Assembly: GCA_964539825.1 (NCBI GenBank)
Contig: CAZIKF010000026.1
Span: 1,304 to 65,303 of the forward strand
DNA: 64,000 nucleotides
Source: an uncultured bacterium
Lineage (GTDB): Bacteria; Muiribacteriota; UBA6191
Direction of reading: 5' to 3'
Numbering within the stretch: the first letter of the stretch is position 1; each line of letters opens with the position of its first letter. Both the position numbers and the translations under genes were made by a program. The notes under the pieces were generated by a model. It was not told the DNA's origin. It was given only the letters and a program-made list of their open reading frames with translations, and searched no databases. This document shows positions 38,336 to 47,250 of this stretch, in pieces.

Positions 38336-39019
38336 ATGCGTTTAGATTTGTCCCATTATTTAGATCTTGAAGGATTTCCCTGTCTCTCTCTATTTGAGGG
38401 AGTTGAGAGCTGTTATGAAGTCTTAGGTCAGCCTCTTAAAGATTTCTGCGCAGCTCTTAAAGGCCAGGAAATCCATGGGAAAGTCATGCCTGGGGCCGTG
38501 TGTGAAGGGGATGGAATTTTCATAGGAGAGGGCTCCTGTGTAGAGCCCGGTGCTTATATTAAAGGCCCATGCTGGATAGGGTCCAACACGCAGATTCGCC
38601 ATACGGCCTATTTGAGAGGAAATGTGGTTGTGGGAGATGAATGTGTGGTAGGGCATGCCACAGAGGTCAAGAATTCCATTTTTTTGAACAAGGCTAAGGC
38701 GGGTCATTTCGCCTATGTTGGAGATTCTGTTTTAGGGGTTAATGTGAACCTGGGTGCCGGAACAAAGCTCGCCAACCTGAAAGTCATTCCCTCTGATATC
38801 ATTCTTAGTTTAGACGGTGAAAAAATCCCTACGGGTCTTAGAAAGTTAGGTGCCATTTTAGGTAATGGTACTGAACTCGGGTGTAATTCAGTTACTTCGC
38901 CCGGTACAATCCTGGCCCCCTTTAGCATTGTATACCCGGCGATTTCCATCAAAGGCGCTTTTTCAAAAAAGAAAATTTTTAAGCTTTCCAATATGGTAAT
39001 GACAAAAAGAAGTGATTAA
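38336..39019 (+). CDS. Hexapeptide-repeat (LbH) acetyltransferase, GlmU C-terminal-like
   Basis: IGEGSCVEPGAYIKGP, HFAYVGDSVLG, VNLGAGTKLAN, KLGAILG. Confidence 0.88.
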   Translation: MRLDLSHYLDLEGFPCLSLFEGVESCYEVLGQPLKDFCAALKGQEIHGKVMPGAVCEGDGIFIGEGSCVEPGAYIKGPCWIGSNTQIRHTAYLRGNVVVGDECVVGHATEVKNSIFLNKAKAGHFAYVGDSVLGVNVNLGAGTKLANLKVIPSDIILSLDGEKIPTGLRKLGAILGNGTELGCNSVTSPGTILAPFSIVYPAISIKGAFSKKKIFKLSNMVMTKRSD

Positions 39020-39040
39020 AGAAAAAATCCGTTCTAGGTG

Positions 39041-39069
39041 TTTACAAAAAATCCTTATTTCCCTATAGT
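39041..39069 (+). promoter_or_regulatory. Sigma70-type promoter
   Basis: TTTACA-17 nt-TATAGT. Confidence 0.7.
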
Positions 39070-39207
39070 TTTGTATGTTAGTAGGCCGAAACTTTCAATG
39101 AGCTCTTGTCATTTCTCAAAAAATTCTTACAAAAGTATACCTTCATTGATTTGTTGTTAATGAAGAAAGTATTTTAACTAAGAATTAAGAAAATTCAGGA
39201 AGACACG

Positions 39208-39513
39208 ATGGCAAGAATATACAGGGGCGAAAGATTAGCATCTGGCGCTGTTCAGTTCTACAGGGGGGAAGAAATGGAAAACCTGAGTGTCCTCGACCGT
39301 GATCTAAGTGAGCTCTTTCTTCCAGTTGATGAAACGGAGTCCTCGGACCTCGATTCGCAGGGTCATTTGAACCTGATGAATTTCATCACGGAGGAGATTC
39401 TCAATACGGCTGGAGTTGACCTTAGCGCCGAGGATTTGCACAAAATATTTGGCGGCGCCAAGATCTCTCAAGCTAAAGTGGCTAATTTGCCTCAAAGAGC
39501 GGCGCAGGGATAA
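39208..39513 (+). CDS. Small acidic hypothetical protein
   Basis: 101-aa ORF with AGGAAG RBS downstream of a near-consensus promoter. Confidence 0.65.
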   Translation: MARIYRGERLASGAVQFYRGEEMENLSVLDRDLSELFLPVDETESSDLDSQGHLNLMNFITEEILNTAGVDLSAEDLHKIFGGAKISQAKVANLPQRAAQG

Positions 39514-39632
39514 ATTTTACCTAAGTTGAAAGGTCAAGCCTTAGATTTCTCACGAAGACCATCCTTCTTGAATCATACTCATGAGATATTCGTTTTACCG
39601 AATAGTCCATGAATAGAGTGATGGAGTGAATT

Positions 39633-40319
39633 ATGAGAATCTGCACGTACCTATGGATTAGCCTGGCTTTTTACACGAGCCTCGCCGCCCAAATAGTATC
39701 TTCCGGCGGCTACACCTTCGATGTCGACATCAAAAACCGCTACCATCGCTGGATCCATTCTGCCCGGGTTGACGCCAGGGTATCTGGTAATCGGGCTGAG
39801 ATCCGAGTCAAAGCCAGAGGATATAAAGACGGACGCGTTTCGGTCAGGGTAGACTCCAAGGATAAGACTTACCGCGTAAGAATGGTTTTAGATGACCCCT
39901 GGGTTCGGTTCAGGGTTGAGGACCAGAATTCCGGCTCCATATCCCATTGGGTGAGAGAAGACGGATTTGGCGCTTTTGCGGATGAATACCAGTTTGAGGT
40001 TCGTCTCCGGGAAGATGGATTTGAGAATCTCCAGGGATCGGATGTAGAAGTTCGAATCAATGGTATTCCAGCCTGGGGAGCCCGTGTAGATGTTCGTGGG
40101 ACTGGGAGCTCGCGGAGAATGAAAGTAAGATTCTACCGCCGAAACTTCTTAGGTTTCGGGATCAATATTATAGAGGTTGAAATTCCTCGAGATTCAGAAC
40201 TGGCACAAGCTCGTAAGAAACAAGTACAGAAAATTCAGTTTCTGCTACAGAATCAACCGGAAGCAAAAAATGAGATTTTAGAACAACGTCTTAAGCTTGT
40301 TCATGAATCCCTTCAATAG
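39633..40319 (+). CDS. Secreted beta-rich hypothetical protein
   Basis: Signal peptide, GGAG RBS, Arg/Val alternating beta strands, PEGA-like VKARGYKD segment. Confidence 0.7.
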   Translation: MRICTYLWISLAFYTSLAAQIVSSGGYTFDVDIKNRYHRWIHSARVDARVSGNRAEIRVKARGYKDGRVSVRVDSKDKTYRVRMVLDDPWVRFRVEDQNSGSISHWVREDGFGAFADEYQFEVRLREDGFENLQGSDVEVRINGIPAWGARVDVRGTGSSRRMKVRFYRRNFLGFGINIIEVEIPRDSELAQARKKQVQKIQFLLQNQPEAKNEILEQRLKLVHESLQ

Positions 40320-40336
40320 TACCTTCGGACTGGTTC

Positions 40337-40345
40337 TGTTATAAT
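40337..40345 (+). promoter_or_regulatory. Extended -10 promoter upstream of gap
   Basis: TGnTATAAT about 60 nt before the gap ATG. Confidence 0.6.
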
Positions 40346-40404
40346 CCGCCCGCTAAGTTTATCTAAGGGAAATGTGTAAAATTTTTGAGGCAAAGAGGTG
40401 AGCC

Positions 40405-41406
40405 ATGACTTTAAGAATAGGAATCAATGGATTCGGTAGAATTGGAAGGTGCTTTCTTCGGCAGGCATTGGGTTTCGAGGGCTTGGAAATTGTAGCCCTG
40501 AATGACTTAACCGATAACGCCACCCTTGCGCATTTATTGAAATACGATAGCGTTCATGGACGTTTTGACCAGGATGTGAAGGCCACGGACAAGGGACTTC
40601 TTGTGGGTGGTAAGGAAGTGGATATTTTTGCTCAAAAGGATCCTTCTGCACTGCCCTGGAACGATCTTGGAGTGGATGTAGTAATTGAATGCACAGGACT
40701 CTTCACAACTCACGAAGCGGCCAGTAAACATATTCAGGCAGGAACTAAAAAAGTAGTCATTTCGGCTCCGTCTAAGGACGCGGATCTAACGGTAGTAATG
40801 GGCGTGAATCATAAGGATTATGACTCCGAAACCCATCATATTATTTCCAATGCTAGCTGTACGACTAACTGCCTTGCCCCGGTGGCTAAAGTCATTGATG
40901 ATCAATTCGGGATTGAATCCGGTTTAATGACCACAATTCACTCCTATACCAATGATCAAAAAATTCTGGATCTACCCCATAAGGACTTGCGTCGAGCCCG
41001 GGCCGCCGCCGTTAATATGATTCCCACCTCTACAGGGGCCGCCAAAGCGGTCGGTCTGGTTCTGCCCCATCTCAACGGAAAGTTGACTGGTATGGCGATT
41101 CGAGTTCCAACTCCAAATGTTTCCCTGGTTGATGTTTGTTTTGTGGTAAAGAAGGAGACTGACGCACAGACGGTTGGAAATGCGCTAAAGATGGCTTCAC
41201 AGGGCGAGTTAAAGGGATTCCTTGAATATTGTGAAGATCCCCTGGTGTCTGGTGACTTTAACGGGTCCCAATTCTCTTCTGTTGTGGATGCTTCCAGCAC
41301 CCTTGTTCAAAACGGGAATCTGGTAAAGGTACTATCCTGGTATGACAATGAAACAGGGTATTCTACCCGTCTTGTAGACTTGGTACGTACTATGTTCCAG
41401 CTCTAG
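40405..41406 (+). CDS. gap: Type I glyceraldehyde-3-phosphate dehydrogenase
   Basis: GINGFGRIGR, SNASCTTNCLAP, WYDNETGYS. Confidence 0.98.
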   Translation: MTLRIGINGFGRIGRCFLRQALGFEGLEIVALNDLTDNATLAHLLKYDSVHGRFDQDVKATDKGLLVGGKEVDIFAQKDPSALPWNDLGVDVVIECTGLFTTHEAASKHIQAGTKKVVISAPSKDADLTVVMGVNHKDYDSETHHIISNASCTTNCLAPVAKVIDDQFGIESGLMTTIHSYTNDQKILDLPHKDLRRARAAAVNMIPTSTGAAKAVGLVLPHLNGKLTGMAIRVPTPNVSLVDVCFVVKKETDAQTVGNALKMASQGELKGFLEYCEDPLVSGDFNGSQFSSVVDASSTLVQNGNLVKVLSWYDNETGYSTRLVDLVRTMFQL

Positions 41407-41525
41407 GAAGTCAAAACTGATGGAGGGAGCGGGAGTGTTTTTTAAGCTTGGTATGGTACTTGGGGCCTTTGTAATGATGGTCTTGATGATTATGATATTT
41501 GGAATTCTTGAAACGAACCGGGAAT

Positions 41526-42122
41526 TCAAGGACGGTGAATAGTCGTAGACCGGTAACCAGTGTCTTTCAAAAAGAGCTTGTATTCAGGGAGGACATAATG
41601 GTGGTACTTTCGAAACCACCCCAGGCGTAGTTGATCTCGCAGCCGCCTTGAGGCCACTCGCCAGTATTTCCCTGGATTGACCTGCTCGAGTACAAAGTTT
41701 TCACTGTAGAGGTCCTCCAGGTCTGAGGGTCGCAGCAAATACTTGCGCTCCCACCAGTCCAAGAAGAGTAGGATTTCCTGATCACTCATTCTCATCAGAA
41801 TTCTCAGATCACTTTCACTTTGCTCAACCAGGTGATTGCGTATTCTCTTGAAGGCAAAATAAAAGGGGTCGAATCCTTCCTTGGAACTTTGTTTGCGTAG
41901 TTCCAGCTGCTGTAGAAATAGTGGTAGATTTTCATTAGAATGGGTCCTGGTTTGCACATCAATGCTGACCTTGAGAAGAAGCAGCAGGATCAAGTACGCC
42001 CATCGCGGGAAGAGCACGGTAGTAGGCAAAGTTAAGAAGGGACTCACGTCCCTTGTATCGAATGAAAGCATCTTCGGATTTAGAGCACTGGGTAGTTTTC
42101 TTTCAGTCAGTGGCTCCACCAC
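41526..42122 (-). CDS. Hypothetical protein with one TM or signal segment
   Basis: 198-aa ORF filling the gap between gap and thiN; start uncertain. Confidence 0.55.
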   Translation of the reverse strand: MVEPLTERKLPSALNPKMLSFDTRDVSPFLTLPTTVLFPRWAYLILLLLLKVSIDVQTRTHSNENLPLFLQQLELRKQSSKEGFDPFYFAFKRIRNHLVEQSESDLRILMRMSDQEILLFLDWWERKYLLRPSDLEDLYSENFVLEQVNPGKYWRVASRRLRDQLRLGWFRKYHHYVLPEYKLFLKDTGYRSTTIHRP

Positions 42123-42151
42123 TTACAAAGTATAGACCATCAAGCCCTCAT

Positions 42152-42703
42152 ATGAGGGTGTTGGCGGTGGATGGTGGTCTGAGGTGGGCAAGAGAATGGG
42201 GTTATGAAGTAGACATGTACCTTGGTGATGGGGACAGCTATAATGGCGATCTGCCGGTGGACCATCAGGTGTTCCCCAGGGAAAAGGACTATCTCGATGG
42301 TGAGGCAGCTCTCCAGTTTCTACTGGAACATGAGGTTTCAAGAATTGATCTTATCAATTTCTTCCAGGGGCGTTGGGATATGAGTTTCACACATTTCCAA
42401 GCCTTATCTCGATTCAGGAATCTTGCGAATAGAGTTCATATTTATACGGATCATAGCGAAATTCTGTTTCGAGATTCAAAAATTGAAATTTATGGAAAGC
42501 CTGGACAGAAATTTTCCCTGGTTCCCCTGGAACCCATGAACGGCGTAACTCTTAAGGGAGCCCGCTATGAGCTTGATTGTCAGGATGTTCGACCCGGTCG
42601 GGGTCTGACTATCTCCAATGAATATGCAACGGAATCAATTTCTCTAAAGTTCAAAGATAATCCCCTGTACTTACTTGAAATCTATGGATTGGAATTCCTA
42701 TGA
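42152..42703 (+). CDS. thiN: Thiamine diphosphokinase
   Basis: AVDGG, GDGDS, EKDYLDGEAAL, GRxD, LKGARY, ISNE; ATG 42152 preferred over 42053. Confidence 0.85.
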   Translation: MRVLAVDGGLRWAREWGYEVDMYLGDGDSYNGDLPVDHQVFPREKDYLDGEAALQFLLEHEVSRIDLINFFQGRWDMSFTHFQALSRFRNLANRVHIYTDHSEILFRDSKIEIYGKPGQKFSLVPLEPMNGVTLKGARYELDCQDVRPGRGLTISNEYATESISLKFKDNPLYLLEIYGLEFL

Positions 42704-45700
42704 AACCCTTCAGAAGTATCACCAACAAGATTAAGTCCTATCCGAAATTATTGGTTTTATGCTGGATACTAATTCCCCTTCTAACCGTGGATATCTTTTA
42801 TACCGGGAAGTGGGTTCCCATTCGAATACGCAAGACCTTTGTGGGTTTGGAAAAGCAGTGGCATGATTTCCTGATTCGACAACAATCCAATGAATTGATC
42901 GATAGGAAAAGAAAGCTGGATCAGGACATTAAGAAGAATGTCTACCAGAAGAATTCCCAAACCTTTCAAAAAGCCTTTGATAGTCTGGTTGTAAGGACCA
43001 GGACGCATAAGGACATCGCTATTGTTGCGGTGGATGAAAAGACTCTGACAAAACTGGGTGAATGGCCAGTGCGAAGACACCATTATGCTCACCTGCTAGA
43101 TAGAATCCTCATCGATGGAAAAGCTCGGGGAGTAGTCTTTGATATCATGTTTTCCGAGCAGGGAGATAGGCTTCCGATTCAGAAGCTAACCCAGCTCAAA
43201 GATCGGGTTGTACCTAGTCTCAAGCCGGTCATAGATCAGGCAATTCAAGAAATTGATTATGATCGATTTCTTGAGGCAACCATGAACAAGCACCGCTATA
43301 GGATCGTTGCCGGATACACCACCCTTCAGGAAGAGGAATCCAAAGTAAAGGACTATTCCAAGGTCTATTTTCCTGAGGTTCTGAGGAAATATCCCACGGA
43401 ACATCTCAACACAACAATCCTGAAAACTATTCCGGAAGTTAAGGGCGGAGTTTATAACTACCCAGGAATTCTGGACAACATCCTCTACCGAGGTTTCTTT
43501 TCTGTTCCCACTGATGAGCTGGATGGCCTGGTGCGTGATGTTGATCTTCTAACCCAGTATCCTATGAAGTTCCGGCACTCAGGAGGTGAACTTAGTGAGG
43601 AGACGAAAGAGCTGTTCGGATCCCTTGATTTGGAGACTTACGCAATGCTTACAGGAACTTTTAATCCTCCAGAGGAAGCAGGTCCCTATTTGGTATTGAA
43701 GGGACACGCTCGCAAGTTACTCAACAAGCCCACCAGAGAAAAAATCAAATCCATGGTTAGGGAGGCGATTTCAAGAGTATCGGATTTAAGCACCTTTCAA
43801 AGAGATCTCTTAGAGCGAATCATTGAAAAGTCCGACCTGATGAAAGAGGACGTTTATCGTGGTCTTACCCTGTTCTCGATTCAATATACCCTCGGCCTGC
43901 TTAACTGGAGTGAAAATCCCGATGAAGGCTTTTTACTGAACCTGGTAGTGAAAGAACCTGAATTGAAAGAAGAAATTCTGGCGGATCTATCGGATGATAC
44001 GCGTAGAAAGATACTCAGGGTAAGGAAAGGAGAGGAGTTTAAGGCATATCTGGAGCCCCTGAAGTCGGCCCATCGAAATCTAGAGTCCAATTTAATTCGT
44101 CTTCTCCTTAAGCAGATTCTGGCTCCTCTTGAGCAGGAAATGGTACTGCTTCATTCCTTTCCTGAAGAGGAGTGTCAGAGAGTCCTGCGCTTGATAAGAG
44201 ATAATCTTGGCCTGGGAAAGCAATTTCTAACGGATGTCTTCAAAGTCGAAAATCTTGATGAAGTCTATCCAGAAATTAAGATGTCCAGAAAGGGGAGGGT
44301 GGGCATCAACTATTACGGGTTAGCCAATTCTTATCCCGTTTATAGCTTCACCGATGTCATCTCAGAGCCCAGGTTAAGTCCCAAATACCTGGGTTATGAA
44401 CTTCCTGCTATTTCCCTCAGGGAAGCCCTGGAAAATAGAGTTGTCTACATTGGGCCTACCGCTGTGGGAATCAGTGACTGGAGAAATACACCGATCTATA
44501 AGCAGCTAGATGGAGTGGAATTACACGCCCATGCCCTGGGAAACCTGAGAACAGCGAAGCAAATTCTAAGGGGACCTGACAATCGTGTTCTAGAGGGTTT
44601 GTTCATCGTGGCTCTGGGAATTATTCTCCCTTTGATTCTCATTTCCCTCAATGCGGTTCTTGGAGCGGTTGTAGTCCTTGCTATCGTGGTTGGTTATTTC
44701 TTCTTCTGTTCCAGTACCTTCATGAATTCACAAAATTATTTCTATTTCATCCCGCCCTTTCTACAGAGCCTGGGTACCTATATCCTGCAGACAAGTTATT
44801 CCTATATCAAGGAGCAAAAGGAAAGGCGTAAGACCCGCAACGCCTTTCAGCACTACGTAAACGCGAGTGTTGTGGATGCCGTGCTCAGGGACCCGGATAT
44901 GCTCAAACTGGGAGGACAACGGCGGGAACTTTCGGTTCTATTTTCCGATGTTCGCGGATTTACGACGATTTCTGAAGGTCTTGCTCCCGAAACACTCGTA
45001 GCCCTGATGAATGAGTATCTAACTGAAATGACAGATTTGGTCCTGAAATATAATGGAACCTTAGATAAGTTTATCGGTGATGCCGTAATGGCGTTTTGGG
45101 GGGCTCCCATTGGCCAGGAAGATCATGTCTATCGGGCGGTGATGACCGCTATTGAGATGAATCAGAGAGTCGCTCAAATGCACGCTGATTTTATGCAGAA
45201 TTACGGTGTGGAAGTAAAAATCGGAATAGGAGTCAATACCGGTCCAGCAGTAGTGGGAAACATGGGCTCAAAGAGTCGCTTTGACTACACAATTCTGGGA
45301 GACACGGTCAATCTCGGGGCTCGCCTTGAGGGGCAAACCAAGAACTATGGCGTGGAGCTCATCGTTTCGGAATCAACTCATTCCCATATAAAAGATTGGG
45401 CCGCTACACGGTTTTTGGATTTAATTGCTGTGAAAGGTAAGACTGAGCCCGTAAGAATTTATGAATGTCCTGGGGTCAAGAAGGAGATGGACTCTAAAAT
45501 TCTGGAGGGCATGGCCAAGTTTGAAGAAGCTGTGGATATTCATTATTTTGGCAGAAATTTCGCCGAAGGAATTCCAGTATTTGAAAAACTCAAGGAATAC
45601 TGGGGAGGCGAAAATTTGGCATGTGATCTTTATATAGAGAGGCTTAGCGATTTCGTGGAGAATCCACCTGAGGAAGCCTGGAACGGAGTATTTGTAGCTA

Positions 45701-45711
45701 CTTCAAAGTGA
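42700..45711 (+). CDS. CHASE2-domain class III adenylate cyclase
   Basis: IAIVAVDEKTL..LGEWP, DGLVR, GVELHAHAL; three TMs; LFSDVRGFT, DKFIGDAVMAFWGAP, GDTVNLGARLE. Confidence 0.92.
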   Translation: MKPFRSITNKIKSYPKLLVLCWILIPLLTVDIFYTGKWVPIRIRKTFVGLEKQWHDFLIRQQSNELIDRKRKLDQDIKKNVYQKNSQTFQKAFDSLVVRTRTHKDIAIVAVDEKTLTKLGEWPVRRHHYAHLLDRILIDGKARGVVFDIMFSEQGDRLPIQKLTQLKDRVVPSLKPVIDQAIQEIDYDRFLEATMNKHRYRIVAGYTTLQEEESKVKDYSKVYFPEVLRKYPTEHLNTTILKTIPEVKGGVYNYPGILDNILYRGFFSVPTDELDGLVRDVDLLTQYPMKFRHSGGELSEETKELFGSLDLETYAMLTGTFNPPEEAGPYLVLKGHARKLLNKPTREKIKSMVREAISRVSDLSTFQRDLLERIIEKSDLMKEDVYRGLTLFSIQYTLGLLNWSENPDEGFLLNLVVKEPELKEEILADLSDDTRRKILRVRKGEEFKAYLEPLKSAHRNLESNLIRLLLKQILAPLEQEMVLLHSFPEEECQRVLRLIRDNLGLGKQFLTDVFKVENLDEVYPEIKMSRKGRVGINYYGLANSYPVYSFTDVISEPRLSPKYLGYELPAISLREALENRVVYIGPTAVGISDWRNTPIYKQLDGVELHAHALGNLRTAKQILRGPDNRVLEGLFIVALGIILPLILISLNAVLGAVVVLAIVVGYFFFCSSTFMNSQNYFYFIPPFLQSLGTYILQTSYSYIKEQKERRKTRNAFQHYVNASVVDAVLRDPDMLKLGGQRRELSVLFSDVRGFTTISEGLAPETLVALMNEYLTEMTDLVLKYNGTLDKFIGDAVMAFWGAPIGQEDHVYRAVMTAIEMNQRVAQMHADFMQNYGVEVKIGIGVNTGPAVVGNMGSKSRFDYTILGDTVNLGARLEGQTKNYGVELIVSESTHSHIKDWAATRFLDLIAVKGKTEPVRIYECPGVKKEMDSKILEGMAKFEEAVDIHYFGRNFAEGIPVFEKLKEYWGGENLACDLYIERLSDFVENPPEEAWNGVFVATSK

Positions 45712-45872
45712 TGCGAGAACCGGAACTTAGGTAGAAGCCTGGACTCCCAGAACCGGCACCTGAGAGCAGATCACTTCTAGAACGATGCGATGCATCGCCC
45801 GTCGTCGCGTTCTACTCCCATGCACCCATTCTGAGAGCCCAATCATCCACCACGTCCCGGCCCTCGCATCAC
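45708..45872 (+). repeat. Palindromic GTGA...TCAC element, copy E (165 bp)
   Basis: IR gtgatgcgagaaccggaac/gtcccggccctcgcatcac; core nearly identical to copy B; overlaps the cyclase TGA. Confidence 0.9.
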
Positions 45873-45967
45873 AGTATTTTAAGAATTATTGGAGGATTCT
45901 GTATTGGGAGTTCAACATTGCATTTGCCATCCCCTTTGGCTAATAGCGGTAGCGTCATCTTGCGGCC

Positions 45968-47161
45968 TTATGTCTCCAGTTCACTCCAGTCGGGGTGATA
46001 GAGGATTGTGCTCATGTAGATGAAGAAGGTTAGCGATGGAACTGAGTAGAGGGACTCATCTGTGAAACAGAGAAGTAAAAACATAGTAGGTAATAAGACT
46101 AAGAAGGATCGATAGGGATGTGTTGGCCAGCGCACATAGATGCGTAGAAGTATGGGAAATAGAGCTAATAGAATGATGAGTCCGGGTAGACCAAACTGTA
46201 CCATTGCCACCAGATACTGGTTGTGGGGATGATCTGAATTTATGGTTCCTGGGGGGTAGAATTCCTTTAGCAGGGTTTGATGCTTTTCTCGATAAGAACC
46301 TGTGCCGTGTCCGTAATATGGACTTTGTGAAAACAGGCGAATTCCAGCATCTATATGGTGAAGTCTTTCTCCTAAAGAGCTGTGCGTGATTTGAGATTGA
46401 AAGAGAACTAAGTCCCGTTTGAGCTCCAAAATCCGAGACGAAAAGGTTTCAACTGTCAAAAACAAGATTGTTATTGAGATTCCAAGACCCACACACGCAC
46501 CCACGACAATCTTCCAGCTTCGAGTCTCCAGGAGAATCCATAAGGGAATCAGAACCAGGAGTAGAATCTGACCGGTTCTTCCGCCCGTAGCAATCAGGCT
46601 CGCCGCAAATGAGATTTGGATAACCCAGCTTAAGACACGTGCAGCCGGACTCCAATTCCTTTGTAACCAGAAGAGTAAGAGCATAGCAAAGACCAACATT
46701 GGACTGTACTGCACTCGATTGATAAATGGGGTTCCGCCTGCCTGCATGGGTTCAATACTCCACCATCCCAGTAGTATTCCGTGGGTTAAAAGGTGGTAAA
46801 TGAAAATCCCGCTCACGAACGAATTAAGAGCAGCACGCAGATAGGGAATACTGATACAGGACATCAATATTGGGAGAGTGGATAGATATAGAGACTTTTT
46901 CCAGGGTGTTAAGGCTCCTGAATAATCTTCGGTCCAGCCGACACCAAGGGTATGCAAGAGCAGCCAACATAGGCACCAGTAAATTAGATAGTTGCCCCTT
47001 ATCCCTTGTTTGAAGCCGCGCAAATCACCTTTGAAGATACCGCCCAAAACCAGCAGGCCCAGAAGCAGATAGCAAAAGGCCACCGAAAAAGGAAGGCAAA
47101 ACCCAAAGAGTAAGAAGAGGCCAGTGGTTACTCGATTGACAGGGAAAGAAGGGGTAGTCAT
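45968..47161 (-). CDS. O-antigen ligase family protein
   Basis: Multiple TMs, ATGGRTG, periplasmic GERL and HPHNQYL motifs. Confidence 0.88.
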   Translation of the reverse strand: MTTPSFPVNRVTTGLFLLFGFCLPFSVAFCYLLLGLLVLGGIFKGDLRGFKQGIRGNYLIYWCLCWLLLHTLGVGWTEDYSGALTPWKKSLYLSTLPILMSCISIPYLRAALNSFVSGIFIYHLLTHGILLGWWSIEPMQAGGTPFINRVQYSPMLVFAMLLLFWLQRNWSPAARVLSWVIQISFAASLIATGGRTGQILLLVLIPLWILLETRSWKIVVGACVGLGISITILFLTVETFSSRILELKRDLVLFQSQITHSSLGERLHHIDAGIRLFSQSPYYGHGTGSYREKHQTLLKEFYPPGTINSDHPHNQYLVAMVQFGLPGLIILLALFPILLRIYVRWPTHPYRSFLVLLPTMFLLLCFTDESLYSVPSLTFFIYMSTILYHPDWSELET

Positions 47162-47250
47162 GGATTGAGTTCAGGTGAATTGGAAAATGAAAGAGGTTAT
47201 TGAGGAGACTTCGTCACAACAATATGAATAGTGTTGCTGATCTTTGGAAT

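Noticed and set aside
45946-45955. ops/JUMPstart-like GCGGTAGCGT
   Set aside because: It lies on the + strand between convergent gene ends, with minus-strand genes following, and lacks the rest of the JUMPstart consensus.
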